Positions 1 through 11,172 of a DNA stretch of 63,731 bases are shown piece after piece. The position numbers were made by a program, and so were the translations under genes. Below the pieces are notes generated by a model. That model was not told the origin of the DNA. It did not search any database and saw nothing but the letters and a program-made list of their open reading frames with translations. Numbering within the stretch: the first letter of the stretch is position 1; each line of letters starts with the position of its first letter. Where the stretch lies: positions 1 through 63,731 of the forward strand of contig JAQUNK010000005.1 in the NCBI GenBank assembly GCA_028717645.1, given 5' to 3'. The DNA comes from Candidatus Omnitrophota bacterium. GTDB lineage: Bacteria; Omnitrophota; Gorgyraeia; Gygaellales; JAMWDD01.

Positions 1-669
1 TTTACTGCCAATATAGAGCGTACGCAGAAACTGCTAAGCCTGATGATGGAAAATAAAATACGCAATTGGGCCTGCCAGGTGCGCTGCGATATTGCCAAGA
101 ACAGCGCATTGCTTGCTAAAATGTATGGGGCAGGCTGTAAAGTTGTCTGCATTGGCTTCGAGTCGATCAACCAAAAAACACTGCAGATGTTCGATAAGAA
201 ACAAACCGTGGACCAGATAGAAGAGGCCATACGTTCATTTCATCGCTGGGGAATAAAAATACACGGCATGTTCGTCCTAGGAAGCGACGATGACGATGCT
301 AAAACGATCTGGGATACGGTGAAATTCGCCATAAAACAAAAAATCGATACTTTACAGATGTCCATTCTTACACCTTTCCCCGGGACCAAGGTATATGAAA
401 ACCTGGAAGCACAGAAAAGGATCTTTACCAAAGACTGGAGCCTCTATGACGGGCATCATATCGTGTTTAACCCCAAATTATTATCGGCTAAAGACCTGCA
501 ATTGAACATGATCAAGGCATATACTAAGTTTTATTCGCTTTTCAGGCTATTTGCAGCGCTGCTTAAACTGCATTTCAGAAACGCGTTGTTTCACTTCATG
601 GGCTATTCCATCGTCAGCAAATGGAGAAAGCAAAACCATAAATTGGACTGGCTGCCCAATGCTTCTTAA
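1..669 (+). CDS. Radical SAM family protein (B12-binding-type), C-terminal part; 5' end lies outside the window
   Basis: Frame 1 is open from nt 1. VVCIGFESINQKTL...GIKIHGMFVLGSDDD...LTPFPGT matches the distal half of the radical SAM barrel. The CxxxCxxC motif would be upstream. Confidence 0.6.
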   Translation, partial: FTANIERTQKLLSLMMENKIRNWACQVRCDIAKNSALLAKMYGAGCKVVCIGFESINQKTLQMFDKKQTVDQIEEAIRSFHRWGIKIHGMFVLGSDDDDAKTIWDTVKFAIKQKIDTLQMSILTPFPGTKVYENLEAQKRIFTKDWSLYDGHHIVFNPKLLSAKDLQLNMIKAYTKFYSLFRLFAALLKLHFRNALFHFMGYSIVSKWRKQNHKLDWLPNAS

Positions 670-687
670 AAAATTTTAAGATTTTAC

Positions 688-715
688 TTGACAATTATTT
701 TTTTTCTTGTATACT
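688..715 (+). promoter_or_regulatory. Putative sigma70-type promoter of the Rrf2-led sulfur operon
   Basis: TTGACA (688-693), 16-nt spacer, TATACT (710-715), about 35 nt upstream of the ATG at 749. Confidence 0.45.
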
Positions 716-748
716 CTACTAATATGATAGACATTATAGAGAATAGAG

Positions 749-1189
749 ATGCGCATAACTTATAAAGGCGATTACGCCATAAATACGATCCTGGACCTGG
801 CTGTACATTATAACAAGAGTTTGGTGACCATCCATGAACTAGCCAGGCGTTCGGATATGCCGATCAAATTCCTGGAGCAGGTGCTCTTGGAACTAAAGAG
901 AGGCGGTTTTGTCAAGAGCAAGCGCGGAAAAGTTGGCGGCTATTTTCTGGCAAAACATCCTGCACAAATTAAATTAGGCGATGTTATCCGTTTTATTGAC
1001 GGCCCGATCGAGCCCATTGCCTGTGTTGAGAAGAGATATTCAGGGTGCAATATAATAGAAAGATGTGTCCTGAGAAAAATTTGGCAGGAAATAAATCTGG
1101 CGACATCCAATGTAGTGGATAATGTCACATTTGAAGATCTGCTTAACCAAATAAACGTACAAAAAGAAACAGCGGTCTATCAGATATAA
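749..1189 (+). CDS. Rrf2 family transcriptional regulator (IscR/CymR-like)
   Basis: N-terminal winged HTH (MPIKFLEQVLLELKRGGFVKSKRGKVGGYFLAK). C-x7-C-x5-C cluster (CVEKRYSGCNIIERC) could ligate an Fe-S cluster. Confidence 0.85.
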   Translation: MRITYKGDYAINTILDLAVHYNKSLVTIHELARRSDMPIKFLEQVLLELKRGGFVKSKRGKVGGYFLAKHPAQIKLGDVIRFIDGPIEPIACVEKRYSGCNIIERCVLRKIWQEINLATSNVVDNVTFEDLLNQINVQKETAVYQI

Positions 1190-1381
1190 ATGGTGGCTAT
1201 AATGAAGAATGGAAAGAATATCGTAAATGACGCGATTATAAAAGATATCAGCGATTCTATACATGGTTTAAAATATGGGACAGTTATGATTACGGTCCAT
1301 GATTCCAGGATAGTCCAAATAGAGGTTACGGAAAAGAACCGTTTTGACGATATATGGCATAAAGAAGGAGGTGGTATATAA
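1190..1381 (+). CDS. YezD/DUF2292-like small protein
   Basis: 63 aa. The ...GTVMITVHDSRIVQIEVTEKNRF... core resembles the DUF2292 signature. ATG directly abuts the Rrf2 stop codon. Confidence 0.6.
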   Translation: MVAIMKNGKNIVNDAIIKDISDSIHGLKYGTVMITVHDSRIVQIEVTEKNRFDDIWHKEGGGI

Positions 1382-1509
1382 TCAAGGTATAGTAGTTATG
1401 TTTTTCCGGTCTACCGGATTAACCGTTCTTTCAAAATTATAATGATCATTTTGCCTGATACAACCAGTCAACTGGAGTTGCGGCGCTAATTTAATAGGAG
1501 GATTCTCTA

Positions 1510-2349
1510 ATGAGAAAAACTATTGTTCTTTCCGCAATTCTAGTGTTGGTGTTTGTATCTTACTTTGATGTATCAGAGGCAGGAGTCCCGTTTAACAATC
1601 TGGAAGGTGTTGGAGGTGTTGCGTTAAATCCCTTAGCATATTTGGCGGATTCCGGCAATGAAAAAGATTATTTAAAAATCGGGGATGTTGACGTTTTGGG
1701 CAAGCCTAGGTTCGGCGGCTGGTACGTGAACTTAGACGATGTTAAAGTGGATTGGACCGCTTTTGGCGTCGCAGACACGCTTTTTAAACGCATAGAGGTT
1801 TCTTATGGATATGAAACCATTGCGCAAAGCAACAGCCCGACCAGGCACAAGAACAACCTTGGCGCAAAACTCCTGCTGATCCCGGAGAACTTCAAGGATA
1901 ACAAGTTTATTCCGGCAGTTTCTGTAGGCAGTATCTGGAAAAACGCTTCTGATAAAGGCCTAGGAGTAGATACGGACGGAACAGATTATTATTTAGTATT
2001 TACAAAATTGATTACGCAACTACCCAAGCCGGTTTTGCTATCAGGAGGCGTTCTCTCAACAAGAGGAAGGGTTAACGGGATTTTTGGCTTTGATAAAAAG
2101 AGAAAAGAAGTAGCTTTTGGTAATATAGATGTTTTGCTTACTAAAAAAATTGTTATCGGCTTTGAATATAAGCAAGGGGCAAAATACCCGGATTTTAAGA
2201 ATGCCAACTACTGGGATGCCCACTTAGGCCTGTTAGTAAATAAGAATCTTTCTTTGATCGCGGCTTATGTTAATGCCGGAAACAGTAAATCTGGCAATAA
2301 AGTAGGGCTGGGCGACGGAGTAGTTCTAAGCGCGCAGTATTCGTTCTAA
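1510..2349 (+). CDS. Predicted outer-membrane beta-barrel protein (unknown family)
   Basis: Signal peptide (MRKTIVLSAILVLVFVSYFDVSEA), alternating amphipathic strands, C-terminal ...SAQYSF aromatic terminus. AGGAGG RBS upstream. Confidence 0.55.
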   Translation: MRKTIVLSAILVLVFVSYFDVSEAGVPFNNLEGVGGVALNPLAYLADSGNEKDYLKIGDVDVLGKPRFGGWYVNLDDVKVDWTAFGVADTLFKRIEVSYGYETIAQSNSPTRHKNNLGAKLLLIPENFKDNKFIPAVSVGSIWKNASDKGLGVDTDGTDYYLVFTKLITQLPKPVLLSGGVLSTRGRVNGIFGFDKKRKEVAFGNIDVLLTKKIVIGFEYKQGAKYPDFKNANYWDAHLGLLVNKNLSLIAAYVNAGNSKSGNKVGLGDGVVLSAQYSF

Positions 2350-3660
<1,311 letters not shown>

Positions 3661-3670
3661 GGAGTAAAAT

Positions 3671-4606
3671 ATGACAAACATATATTCTGATATAACCAAA
3701 ACCATCGGCCGTACCCCTTTGGTTAAAATAAATAAACTAACTAAGGGCTTGAATGCGACAATTTTAGCAAAATTAGAATTTTTTAATCCTCTTTCCAGCG
3801 TCAAAGATAGAATTGGCGTGGCCATGGTTGAAGCAGCGGAAAAAGAGGGCAAATTAAAGAAAGATTCAGTGATCATTGAGCCAACATCAGGCAATACCGG
3901 CATTGCCTTGGCCTTTGTCGCCGCGGCAAAAGGATATCGGCTGATTCTCACTATGCCGGATACAATGAGTCTGGAGCGCAGACAATTATTGAAGATCCTG
4001 GGGGCTGAAGTTGTCCTGACAGAAGGCGCAAAAGGCATGCGCGGGGCAATAGAAAAAGCCGAAGAGCTGCTTAAGAAAACAGCAAACAGTTTTATGCCGC
4101 AGCAATTTAATAACCCAGCGAACCCTGAAATTCACCGCAAGACTACGGCTGAAGAGATCTGGAAGGATACGGATAGTGAAGTTGATATTTTTGTTGCAGG
4201 CATAGGTACCGGTGGTACAATAACGGGAGTCGGGGAAGTCCTAAAAAAGAAAAAACCGCAGGTTAAGGTTATCGGCGTTGAGCCGGCTGATTCCCCTGTT
4301 TTATCCGGAGGAAAACCCGGGCCGCATAAAATACAAGGCATAGGTGCCGGTTTTCTGCCGCAGATCTTGAATTTGAAAGTAATTGATGAAGTGATCCGGG
4401 TTTCCAATGAAGACGCCGGAAATATTGCCAAGCGCCTGGCGCGGGAAGAGGGGATCTTTGTGGGCATATCCAGCGGCGCTGCGATGTGGGCGGCGTTAGA
4501 AGTCGCAAAAAGAAAAGAAGCAAAAGATAAAACCGTCGTGGTAGTGCTACCGGATACCGGAGAGCGTTATCTTTCCACTTGGTTGTTTCAGGAGTATTTA
4601 TCGTGA
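3671..4606 (+). CDS. cysK: Cysteine synthase A (O-acetylserine sulfhydrylase)
   Basis: 311 aa. SVKDRIG PLP-lysine motif, [20 protein letters not shown]. Confidence 0.9.
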   Translation: MTNIYSDITKTIGRTPLVKINKLTKGLNATILAKLEFFNPLSSVKDRIGVAMVEAAEKEGKLKKDSVIIEPTSGNTGIALAFVAAAKGYRLILTMPDTMSLERRQLLKILGAEVVLTEGAKGMRGAIEKAEELLKKTANSFMPQQFNNPANPEIHRKTTAEEIWKDTDSEVDIFVAGIGTGGTITGVGEVLKKKKPQVKVIGVEPADSPVLSGGKPGPHKIQGIGAGFLPQILNLKVIDEVIRVSNEDAGNIAKRLAREEGIFVGISSGAAMWAALEVAKRKEAKDKTVVVVLPDTGERYLSTWLFQEYLS

Positions 4607-5748
4607 AAGAAAAAAGTATAGGAATAGTAAAAACGGAATATTTCACCTTTGCCGGGCCGCCGCATGAGCTAAAACTTGAGTGCGGAGAAAAGCTTGGGCC
4701 GATTACCGTGGCCTACGAGACCTACGGCGAGCTGAATGCGAACAAATCAAACGCTATTTTGGTTCTCCACGCGCTTTCAGGGGATGCGCACGCTGCAGGG
4801 CTGCACCAGGCGGATGATAAGTACCCTGGCTGGTGGGATACTATAATCGGTCCGGGAAAGGCCTTTGATACGGATAAATATTTTGTTATTTGTTCAAATA
4901 TTTTAGGTGGGTGCAAGGGCACAACCGGCCCGTCAAGCATTAACCCAAAAACCAATAAACCTTACGCCTTAGAATTCCCCATCATCAGCATTCAGGACAT
5001 AGTCAATTGCCAAAGGGAGCTTGTTGATCATTTAGGCATTGATAAATTATTGTCCGTAGCCGGTGGGTCAATGGGTGGAATGCAGGCTTTGTTTTGGCTG
5101 GCTAAATATCCCGAGCGTCTTCGTAGCGCCATACCCATCGCCACTGCACTTAAGCACTCTTCTCAGCAGATCGCCTTTGATGAAGTCGGCAGACAGGCGA
5201 TCATGGCCGATGCCAACTGGAAAGAAGGCAATTATTATGGAGCGACGCCTCCAGCTAAAGGGCTGGCGGTAGCCAGGATGATCGGCCACATTACTTACAT
5301 GAGCGATCAATCCATGGAAGATAAATTCGGAAGGGAAAAGAAAAAAGAGGTCCGGCCTTTTAAGTTCACCGCGGATTTTGAAGTAGAAGGATACCTGAAA
5401 TATCGCGGCGACCTGTTCGTAAAAAGGTTTGACGCCAATTCTTACCTCTATATCACCAAAGCCATGGATAATTTTAATCTTCTGGAAGGTAAAACCATAC
5501 AGACTCTTTTTAAAGGGATAAAAGCAAAATTACTGGTCATTGCCTTTAAGTCCGACTGGCTTTATCCGGCCTATCAGTCGAAAGAAATAGTCAGGGCCAG
5601 TAAGTTGTCGGGTTTAGAAGCGACCTATTGCGAGGTCGACTCAACTTACGGCCACGACGCCTTTTTGCTGGAGACTAAAGAAGAGACACACCTGATAAAG
5701 AACTTTTTAAAAAAAGTTTATGGAGATATAGAAAAAAATGGAGCATAA
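4603..5748 (+). CDS. metX: Homoserine O-acetyltransferase
   Basis: [10 protein letters not shown]...[14 protein letters not shown] and [10 protein letters not shown] nucleophile elbow. I prefer the GTG at 4603 (GTGA overlap with the cysK stop, GGAG 8 nt upstream) over the TTG at 4579. Confidence 0.88.
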   Translation: MKEKSIGIVKTEYFTFAGPPHELKLECGEKLGPITVAYETYGELNANKSNAILVLHALSGDAHAAGLHQADDKYPGWWDTIIGPGKAFDTDKYFVICSNILGGCKGTTGPSSINPKTNKPYALEFPIISIQDIVNCQRELVDHLGIDKLLSVAGGSMGGMQALFWLAKYPERLRSAIPIATALKHSSQQIAFDEVGRQAIMADANWKEGNYYGATPPAKGLAVARMIGHITYMSDQSMEDKFGREKKKEVRPFKFTADFEVEGYLKYRGDLFVKRFDANSYLYITKAMDNFNLLEGKTIQTLFKGIKAKLLVIAFKSDWLYPAYQSKEIVRASKLSGLEATYCEVDSTYGHDAFLLETKEETHLIKNFLKKVYGDIEKNGA

Positions 5749-6331
5749 ACACGCACGCCTGGACAATCTGGTTATTACCGAGATTATCGAGCCGAATACT
5801 AACATATTGGATTTAGGCTGCGGCAACGGCGAACTGATGTCCTTATTGGTCGGGGAAAAAGGATGCACTGCTCACGGCATAGAAAAAGACGAACAAGCCA
5901 TTTATGAATGCGTAGAAAAAGGCCTGAACGTCCTGCACGGGGACATAGATAGCGGGCTTTCGGAATACAGCGACGAATCCTTTGATTATGTCATCCTTAA
6001 TCAGAGCCTCCAGCAGGTCGCACATTTCGATACGGTCTTTCGCGAGGCGCTGCGCGTAGGCAAAAAGGTAATCGTCGGCCTGCCTAATTTCGCGCATTAT
6101 AAATCAAGGTTACAGCTCTTTTTCTTAGGGCGAGCCCCGGTTACTTCTTCGCTTCCTTATAGCTGGTATGATTCCCCGAACGTGCATTTCTTAAGTATGA
6201 CGGATTTTATCCACTATTGTAGTTCCCGGAATGCAAAGATCGAACGCAGCGTATTTTTAGGAGAAAAAAAGAGGGTGGCGCTGCTGCCGAACCTCTTTGC
6301 AAATGTCGGGATTTTTCTTCTTACGAAGTAA
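5738..6331 (+). CDS. metW: Methionine biosynthesis protein MetW (methyltransferase-like)
   Basis: 197 aa. [15 protein letters not shown]-fold motif, overlaps the metX end by 11 nt, classic metXW pairing. Confidence 0.8.
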   Translation: MEHKHARLDNLVITEIIEPNTNILDLGCGNGELMSLLVGEKGCTAHGIEKDEQAIYECVEKGLNVLHGDIDSGLSEYSDESFDYVILNQSLQQVAHFDTVFREALRVGKKVIVGLPNFAHYKSRLQLFFLGRAPVTSSLPYSWYDSPNVHFLSMTDFIHYCSSRNAKIERSVFLGEKKRVALLPNLFANVGIFLLTK

Positions 6332-6361
6332 TGCCTTCCGCTTAACGCGTAATAATTAATC

Positions 6362-6389
6362 TTGCAAAGAAAATATTTTTGTATATAAT
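6362..6389 (+). promoter_or_regulatory. Putative promoter of pgk-tpiA-secG
   Basis: TTGCAA (6362-6367), 16 nt, TATAAT (6384-6389). Confidence 0.4.
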
Positions 6390-6425
6390 AGGATACTTCA
6401 AGATTACACAGGAGGCAGTATACAG

Positions 6426-7610
6426 ATGAACAAGCTTGGCATTAAAGACGTAAACATCAAAGGCAAATCAGTGCTTATGCGCGTGGATTTCAATGTGCCC
6501 CTAGATGATAAATTAAACATTACCGATGATACCCGCATAAAGGCAGCGCTTCCCACTATTGAATATTGCCTAAAAGCAGGCGTAAAAAAGCTTATCCTGA
6601 TGAGCCATTTGGGCCGGCCGGACGGAAAGGTAGTGGAAAAATACAGTTTAAAGCCCGCTTCTAAAAGGCTATCCGAACTATTAAAAGAGCCGGTAAAGCA
6701 ACTTAATGATTGTATCGGCGATAGCGTGAAAAAGGAAATAGCTGACTCGAAGGAAAGGATGATCCTCTTAGAAAACCTGCGTTTTCACGCAGAAGAAGAA
6801 GCAAATGATGCGAATTTTGCCAAACAGCTGGCATCCCTGGGTGAGCTTTACGTAAATGATGCCTTTGGCACGGCACACCGCGCGCATGCTTCAACCGAAG
6901 GTGTGACAAAGTTCTTAAAGCCGGCAGTAGCGGGTTTTCTCCTGGAAAAGGAAATCAAATATTTAGGCGAAGCGGTGACCAGCCCCAAAAAACCTTATGT
7001 GGTTATTTTAGGAGGCGCTAAGGTATCTGACAAGATCATGCTTATCGAGAATCTCCTGAAGAAAGCGGATATGATCCTGATCGGCGGCGGCATGTGCTAT
7101 ACCTTCTTGAAAGCACAGGGAAAAACTATCGGCAACTCAAAATTAGAAGCGGATAAGCTGAACATAGCCAAGGATATTTTAGAAAAAGCCAAGAAGGCCA
7201 ATGTCAAAATTATTTTACCCATAGATAACGTGGTCGTAGAAAAAATAGACCCTGCAGCAAAAACAGAGCTGGTGGGCGAAAATATCCCCGATGGTAAGAT
7301 CGGCGTGGATATCGGCCCGAAATCAATACAGCTATTCAAGGATAATTTAAAAACCGCCAAGACAATAGTCTGGAACGGGCCTTTGGGCATATTTGAAATG
7401 GATGCCTTTGCCCACGGCACAGAAGAAATCGCCAGGTTTATCGCTGGATCGGGTGTCACCACGATCATCGGAGGCGGCGACTCAGCCGCGGCCGTAGCCA
7501 AATTCAAGTTAGAGAATAAAATGAGCCATGTTTCTACTGGCGGAGGGGCGTCGCTGGAATTCCTGGAAGGAAGAACCTTGCCGGGTGTAGCCGCGCTTAC
7601 GGACAAATGA
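6426..7610 (+). CDS. pgk: Phosphoglycerate kinase
   Basis: 394 aa. RVDFNVP, SHLGRP and STGGGASLEFLEG motifs. Confidence 0.95.
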   Translation: MNKLGIKDVNIKGKSVLMRVDFNVPLDDKLNITDDTRIKAALPTIEYCLKAGVKKLILMSHLGRPDGKVVEKYSLKPASKRLSELLKEPVKQLNDCIGDSVKKEIADSKERMILLENLRFHAEEEANDANFAKQLASLGELYVNDAFGTAHRAHASTEGVTKFLKPAVAGFLLEKEIKYLGEAVTSPKKPYVVILGGAKVSDKIMLIENLLKKADMILIGGGMCYTFLKAQGKTIGNSKLEADKLNIAKDILEKAKKANVKIILPIDNVVVEKIDPAAKTELVGENIPDGKIGVDIGPKSIQLFKDNLKTAKTIVWNGPLGIFEMDAFAHGTEEIARFIAGSGVTTIIGGGDSAAAVAKFKLENKMSHVSTGGGASLEFLEGRTLPGVAALTDK

Positions 7611-8380
7611 TGAGAAAACCCATTATTGCCGGAAACTGGAAAATGTATAAAACGATCTCCCAGGCCATCGAGCTATCCAACGGCCTGAAAAGAGAACTTT
7701 ATAAATTAGACCAAGAAAAAATCGATATCGTGCTTTGCCCGGTGTTTACTGCATTAAGCGAAGTGGCGGAAGTACTTATCGGATCGAATATGCAACTCGG
7801 CGCCCAGGACTTATATTGGGAAGATGAAGGCGCATTTACCGGAGAAGTCTCCGGCCTTTTCTTAAAAGACGCCGGGGCAAAATACGTGATCATCGGCCAC
7901 TCCGAAAGAAGGCAGTTTTTCCATGAAACAAACGAATCGGTAAATAAGAAATTAAAAGCAGCATTAAAACACGGCTTAACACCTATTGTCTGTGTAGGCG
8001 AAAACTTAAGCGAAAGAGAAAAAAATAAGACCTTTGACGTGATCAGGGACCATGTAGAAAATGGCCTTAAGGATATCACTCCGGAAGAAGCGTCTAAATT
8101 GGTGATCGCTTATGAACCGGTCTGGGCCATCGGCACGGGTAAAACCGCAACTCCGGGGCAGGCACAAGAAGTGCAAAAATTCATTCGTGATTTATTGGGT
8201 AAGATGTATAATAATGCTGTTGCCGAGGCCATCAGGATCCAGTATGGCGGCAGTGTCAAACCGGAAAATGCAGCAGAACTGATGAAGCAGCCGGATATAG
8301 ACGGAGCGCTGGTCGGCGGAGCGAGCCTTAAGGTAGATTCATTTACTGCGATAGTAAAAAGCGCGATAGGAGCTAAATAA
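7607..8380 (+). CDS. tpiA: Triosephosphate isomerase
   Basis: AGNWKM, IIGHSERR and AYEPVWAIGTG motifs. ATGA overlap with the pgk stop. Confidence 0.95.
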   Translation: MMRKPIIAGNWKMYKTISQAIELSNGLKRELYKLDQEKIDIVLCPVFTALSEVAEVLIGSNMQLGAQDLYWEDEGAFTGEVSGLFLKDAGAKYVIIGHSERRQFFHETNESVNKKLKAALKHGLTPIVCVGENLSEREKNKTFDVIRDHVENGLKDITPEEASKLVIAYEPVWAIGTGKTATPGQAQEVQKFIRDLLGKMYNNAVAEAIRIQYGGSVKPENAAELMKQPDIDGALVGGASLKVDSFTAIVKSAIGAK

Positions 8381-8382
8381 TA

Positions 8383-8793
8383 ATGTTTACGTTTGTTTTG
8401 ATCATCCATATCTTGGTATGTGCAGGTTTGATCGGGCTTATTCTTATTCAGCAGGGCAAAGGTGGGGGCCTGGTGGACAGCTTTTCCGGAGTAGAATCGA
8501 TGTTTGGTACAAAAACCAATACATTTCTCACCCAGGCCACTGCGACATTGGCGACTTTATTTATCATTACCTGCTTAAGCCTCGCTTTGATGTCTTCGCA
8601 AAGAAATAAATCGGTCCTGGAAAGGGTAAAGATAAAAACACCAGCTGTTGCCCCGGCAGCGATCCCAGTTCCCGCAGAACAAAAAACACAGCCTGCAGCG
8701 GTTCAGCAAACTCCCGCAGAAAATGCTAAGCCGATAGCTGAACCAGCGCCTGTTCCAGTACCTGCAGGGCAAAACCAAACCAGCACGCCTTAA
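8383..8793 (+). CDS. secG: Preprotein translocase subunit SecG with a long Pro/Ala/Gln-rich C-terminal tail
   Basis: N-terminal LLILIQQGKGGG SecG signature plus second TM. Conserved pgk-tpi-secG order. About 60 extra low-complexity residues. Confidence 0.8.
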   Translation: MFTFVLIIHILVCAGLIGLILIQQGKGGGLVDSFSGVESMFGTKTNTFLTQATATLATLFIITCLSLALMSSQRNKSVLERVKIKTPAVAPAAIPVPAEQKTQPAAVQQTPAENAKPIAEPAPVPVPAGQNQTSTP

Positions 8794-8840
8794 GACACAA
8801 GGAGAAGGTTTGTGCGCCTAAGCGTTTTAGCACCCGTTTA

Positions 8841-8877
8841 AAAAAGACTATCACGCGTGTGATAGTCTTTTTATTTT
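8841..8877 (+). terminator. Rho-independent terminator after secG
   Basis: AAAA-AGACTATCAC-GCGT-GTGATAGTCT-TTTTATTTT: 10-bp perfect stem, 4-nt loop, T-run. The A-tract upstream makes it potentially bidirectional. Confidence 0.75.
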
Positions 8878-8896
8878 CATGGAGGTTTCTTAAAAA

Positions 8897-10054
8897 GTGA
8901 ACAGGAAATTATTCTGGGTATTTGCATTAAGCAGTGCGGTATATTTTACGCAAGGCATCGAAGGCCTGCCGTCCCAGGGCCTGTTTTATTACCTTAAAGA
9001 AACCCTACATTTTTCCCCTGAAAAGATAATGGTCATCAATAGCATTGTCCTTTCAGCCTGGCTGATAAAACCAATAATCGGCTACGTCATAGATAATTCT
9101 TTCAGCAAAAAAATATGGATCTTTATATCTCTCGCGTTGGATATAATCACGGTCCTGTTCATCGGTTTATTGAATATGCCTATTTTTATTTTGATCGCGG
9201 TCCTGCTGATGAATTCGACCAACGGCGCGTTCAGGGATGTATCTGCCGATGGGATCATGTGCGTAGAAGGTAAGATACACAAGGCCACGGGCAGGATACA
9301 AAGCGTGCAATGGATAGCCATCTCGGCTTCCGGCCTGATCACCGGGCTTGTCGGCGGCATCATTGCCCAAAAATGGGATTACCGCGTGGCATTCTTATTC
9401 CTTATCCCGATCTATATTTTAGTGGGCCTGATCGCGTCTTTTTACCAAGAAACTCCCGCCTTAAACGGCCAAAATAAGAACAACTCCCTGTTCGCTCACT
9501 TAAAAGAACTGCTTACGGACAAAAACTTGATCATTGTGGCGTTGTTCATCTTTCTTTATAAATATTCTCCGTCTTTCGGAACCCCGCTTTTCTTCATCCA
9601 AAGAGATGCTTTCAAATGGGGAAAGGTGTGGATCGGGGCGCTGGCTACGATAGGAACAATTTTTGAAATCAGCGGCGCATTACTTTATTATAAATTCAGC
9701 CAAAAAATAAAGATGAAACAGTGGCTGTTCTTTTCCGTATTTTTAGGCGCGGTGACCACCTTAAGCTACCTTTACTACACGCCAGTGACCGCGGTTATCT
9801 ACAATGTTTTTTACAGTTTTATCGGGATGTTCATTTTCCTGATGGTAATGGATTTTATGGCCAGGAATACAACCAAAGGATTCGAGGCAACATCTTTCGC
9901 GCTTTTGTGCAGTGTAAGTAATTTGGCCCTGGTAACCAGCAATCTTTCCGGAGCTTTTCTCCTGCCCAAGGTCGGATTAAAATGGCTCATTATCCTATCG
10001 GCGCTCACCAGCTTCCTGTGCCTACCGCTGATCAATAAAATGAAGGAAGTCTGA
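8897..10054 (+). CDS. Multi-pass membrane transporter, folate-biopterin transporter (BT1)/MFS-like
   Basis: 385 aa, about 12 hydrophobic segments. YFTQGIEGLP...FYYLKETLHFSP...WLIKPIIGYVIDN resembles the BT1 N-terminal signature. GTG start with GGAGG 11 nt upstream. Confidence 0.5.
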   Translation: MNRKLFWVFALSSAVYFTQGIEGLPSQGLFYYLKETLHFSPEKIMVINSIVLSAWLIKPIIGYVIDNSFSKKIWIFISLALDIITVLFIGLLNMPIFILIAVLLMNSTNGAFRDVSADGIMCVEGKIHKATGRIQSVQWIAISASGLITGLVGGIIAQKWDYRVAFLFLIPIYILVGLIASFYQETPALNGQNKNNSLFAHLKELLTDKNLIIVALFIFLYKYSPSFGTPLFFIQRDAFKWGKVWIGALATIGTIFEISGALLYYKFSQKIKMKQWLFFSVFLGAVTTLSYLYYTPVTAVIYNVFYSFIGMFIFLMVMDFMARNTTKGFEATSFALLCSVSNLALVTSNLSGAFLLPKVGLKWLIILSALTSFLCLPLINKMKEV

Positions 10055-10136
10055 TAACCAGAGTGCGTAAAATCTAATTGAACAAAACGATAATTTAGGT
10101 TAGTATAGTAATAAATAGGACTCGATAAAATAAACT

Positions 10137-11168
10137 ATGTTTATCTTTACCACTAAAAAAGCAAAAGCCGGTTACCTGATCTTGGCGCTATTTCCTTTTT
10201 TATTGGGAGCAAACATGATAGATTCGGGAAAGATACCCATTTTTAACGCCTTCACAGGCAAAACAGAGCTGGTAGAAAAAGTCCATAAATCAGCTGCTGA
10301 ATGGAAAAAGATACTTACGCCGGAGCAATTTAAAATAATGCGCCTAAAAGAAACAGAGGCTCCGTTTGCCAAGCTCTGCCCCATGCCGCCTAAAGGAAAA
10401 AACGGGATCTATGAGTGCGCAGGCTGCGGAACGGACCTTTTCAGGTATGAAGAAAAATTCGAGTCAGGGACCGGTTGGCCCAGTTTTTGGCAACCGGTTT
10501 CGGAATTAAACATAAAACTCACCACAGATAGCAGCCATGGCCTACATAGAACCGAGGTATCCTGCGCCAGGTGCGGCGCACATCTAGGCCATGTTTTTGA
10601 CGATGGCCCGCCGCCCACCGGAAAACGCTATTGTATCAATACCCTTGCCCTGAAGCTTGTACCTATGCCCGCAGACCCGCAAAAAGCAGCTTTTGGCGCA
10701 GGTTGTTTCTGGGGTGTTGAGTCGGCATTTGCGCAAGTAAAGGGAGTTGAAAAAACTACGGCTGGCTATATGGGCGGGGCCTTAAAAAATCCCACCTATG
10801 AAGATGTATGCACGGATAAAACAGGCCATGCTGAAGTGGTCCTGGTTGAATATAATCCCCAGGCCGTTTCTTACGAAGACCTCTTGGATGTATTTTGGTC
10901 TATCCACGACCCGACCACACCCAACAGGCAGGGCCCGGATATTGGCTCGCAATACCGTTCGGTAATTTTTTATTTTACCCCTGAACAAGAAAAGATCGCC
11001 CGGGCTTTAAAAGAAAAACTCTCTAAATCAAAAAAGTTCAAGAAACCAATAGTAACCGAAATTCTACCGGCAAAAGAATTTTACCCGGCAGAAGAATATC
11101 ATCAGAAATATTTTCAAAGGCGCGGCATTACGCCCACCTGTCACATACCAAAAAACTTAAGTAGGTAA
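10137..11168 (+). CDS. msrAB: Bifunctional methionine sulfoxide reductase MsrB-MsrA with N-terminal membrane anchor/signal
   Basis: MsrB: CAGCGTDLF...GWPSF...RTEVSCARCGAHLGHVFDDGP. MsrA: GAGCFWGVESAF...GHAEVV. Hydrophobic N-terminus (GYLILALFPFLLGA). Confidence 0.9.
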   Translation: MFIFTTKKAKAGYLILALFPFLLGANMIDSGKIPIFNAFTGKTELVEKVHKSAAEWKKILTPEQFKIMRLKETEAPFAKLCPMPPKGKNGIYECAGCGTDLFRYEEKFESGTGWPSFWQPVSELNIKLTTDSSHGLHRTEVSCARCGAHLGHVFDDGPPPTGKRYCINTLALKLVPMPADPQKAAFGAGCFWGVESAFAQVKGVEKTTAGYMGGALKNPTYEDVCTDKTGHAEVVLVEYNPQAVSYEDLLDVFWSIHDPTTPNRQGPDIGSQYRSVIFYFTPEQEKIARALKEKLSKSKKFKKPIVTEILPAKEFYPAEEYHQKYFQRRGITPTCHIPKNLSR

Positions 11169-11172
11169 AACT

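Noticed and set aside
1382-1509. A possible SAM/S-box riboswitch in the leader before the barrel and metY genes.
   Set aside because: I could not find the conserved S-box core (e.g. AUCAAGAG...GGCCC...GCAACC) or an obvious terminator. Only small weak hairpins are present. Rfam scanning would be needed to exclude other SAM riboswitch classes.
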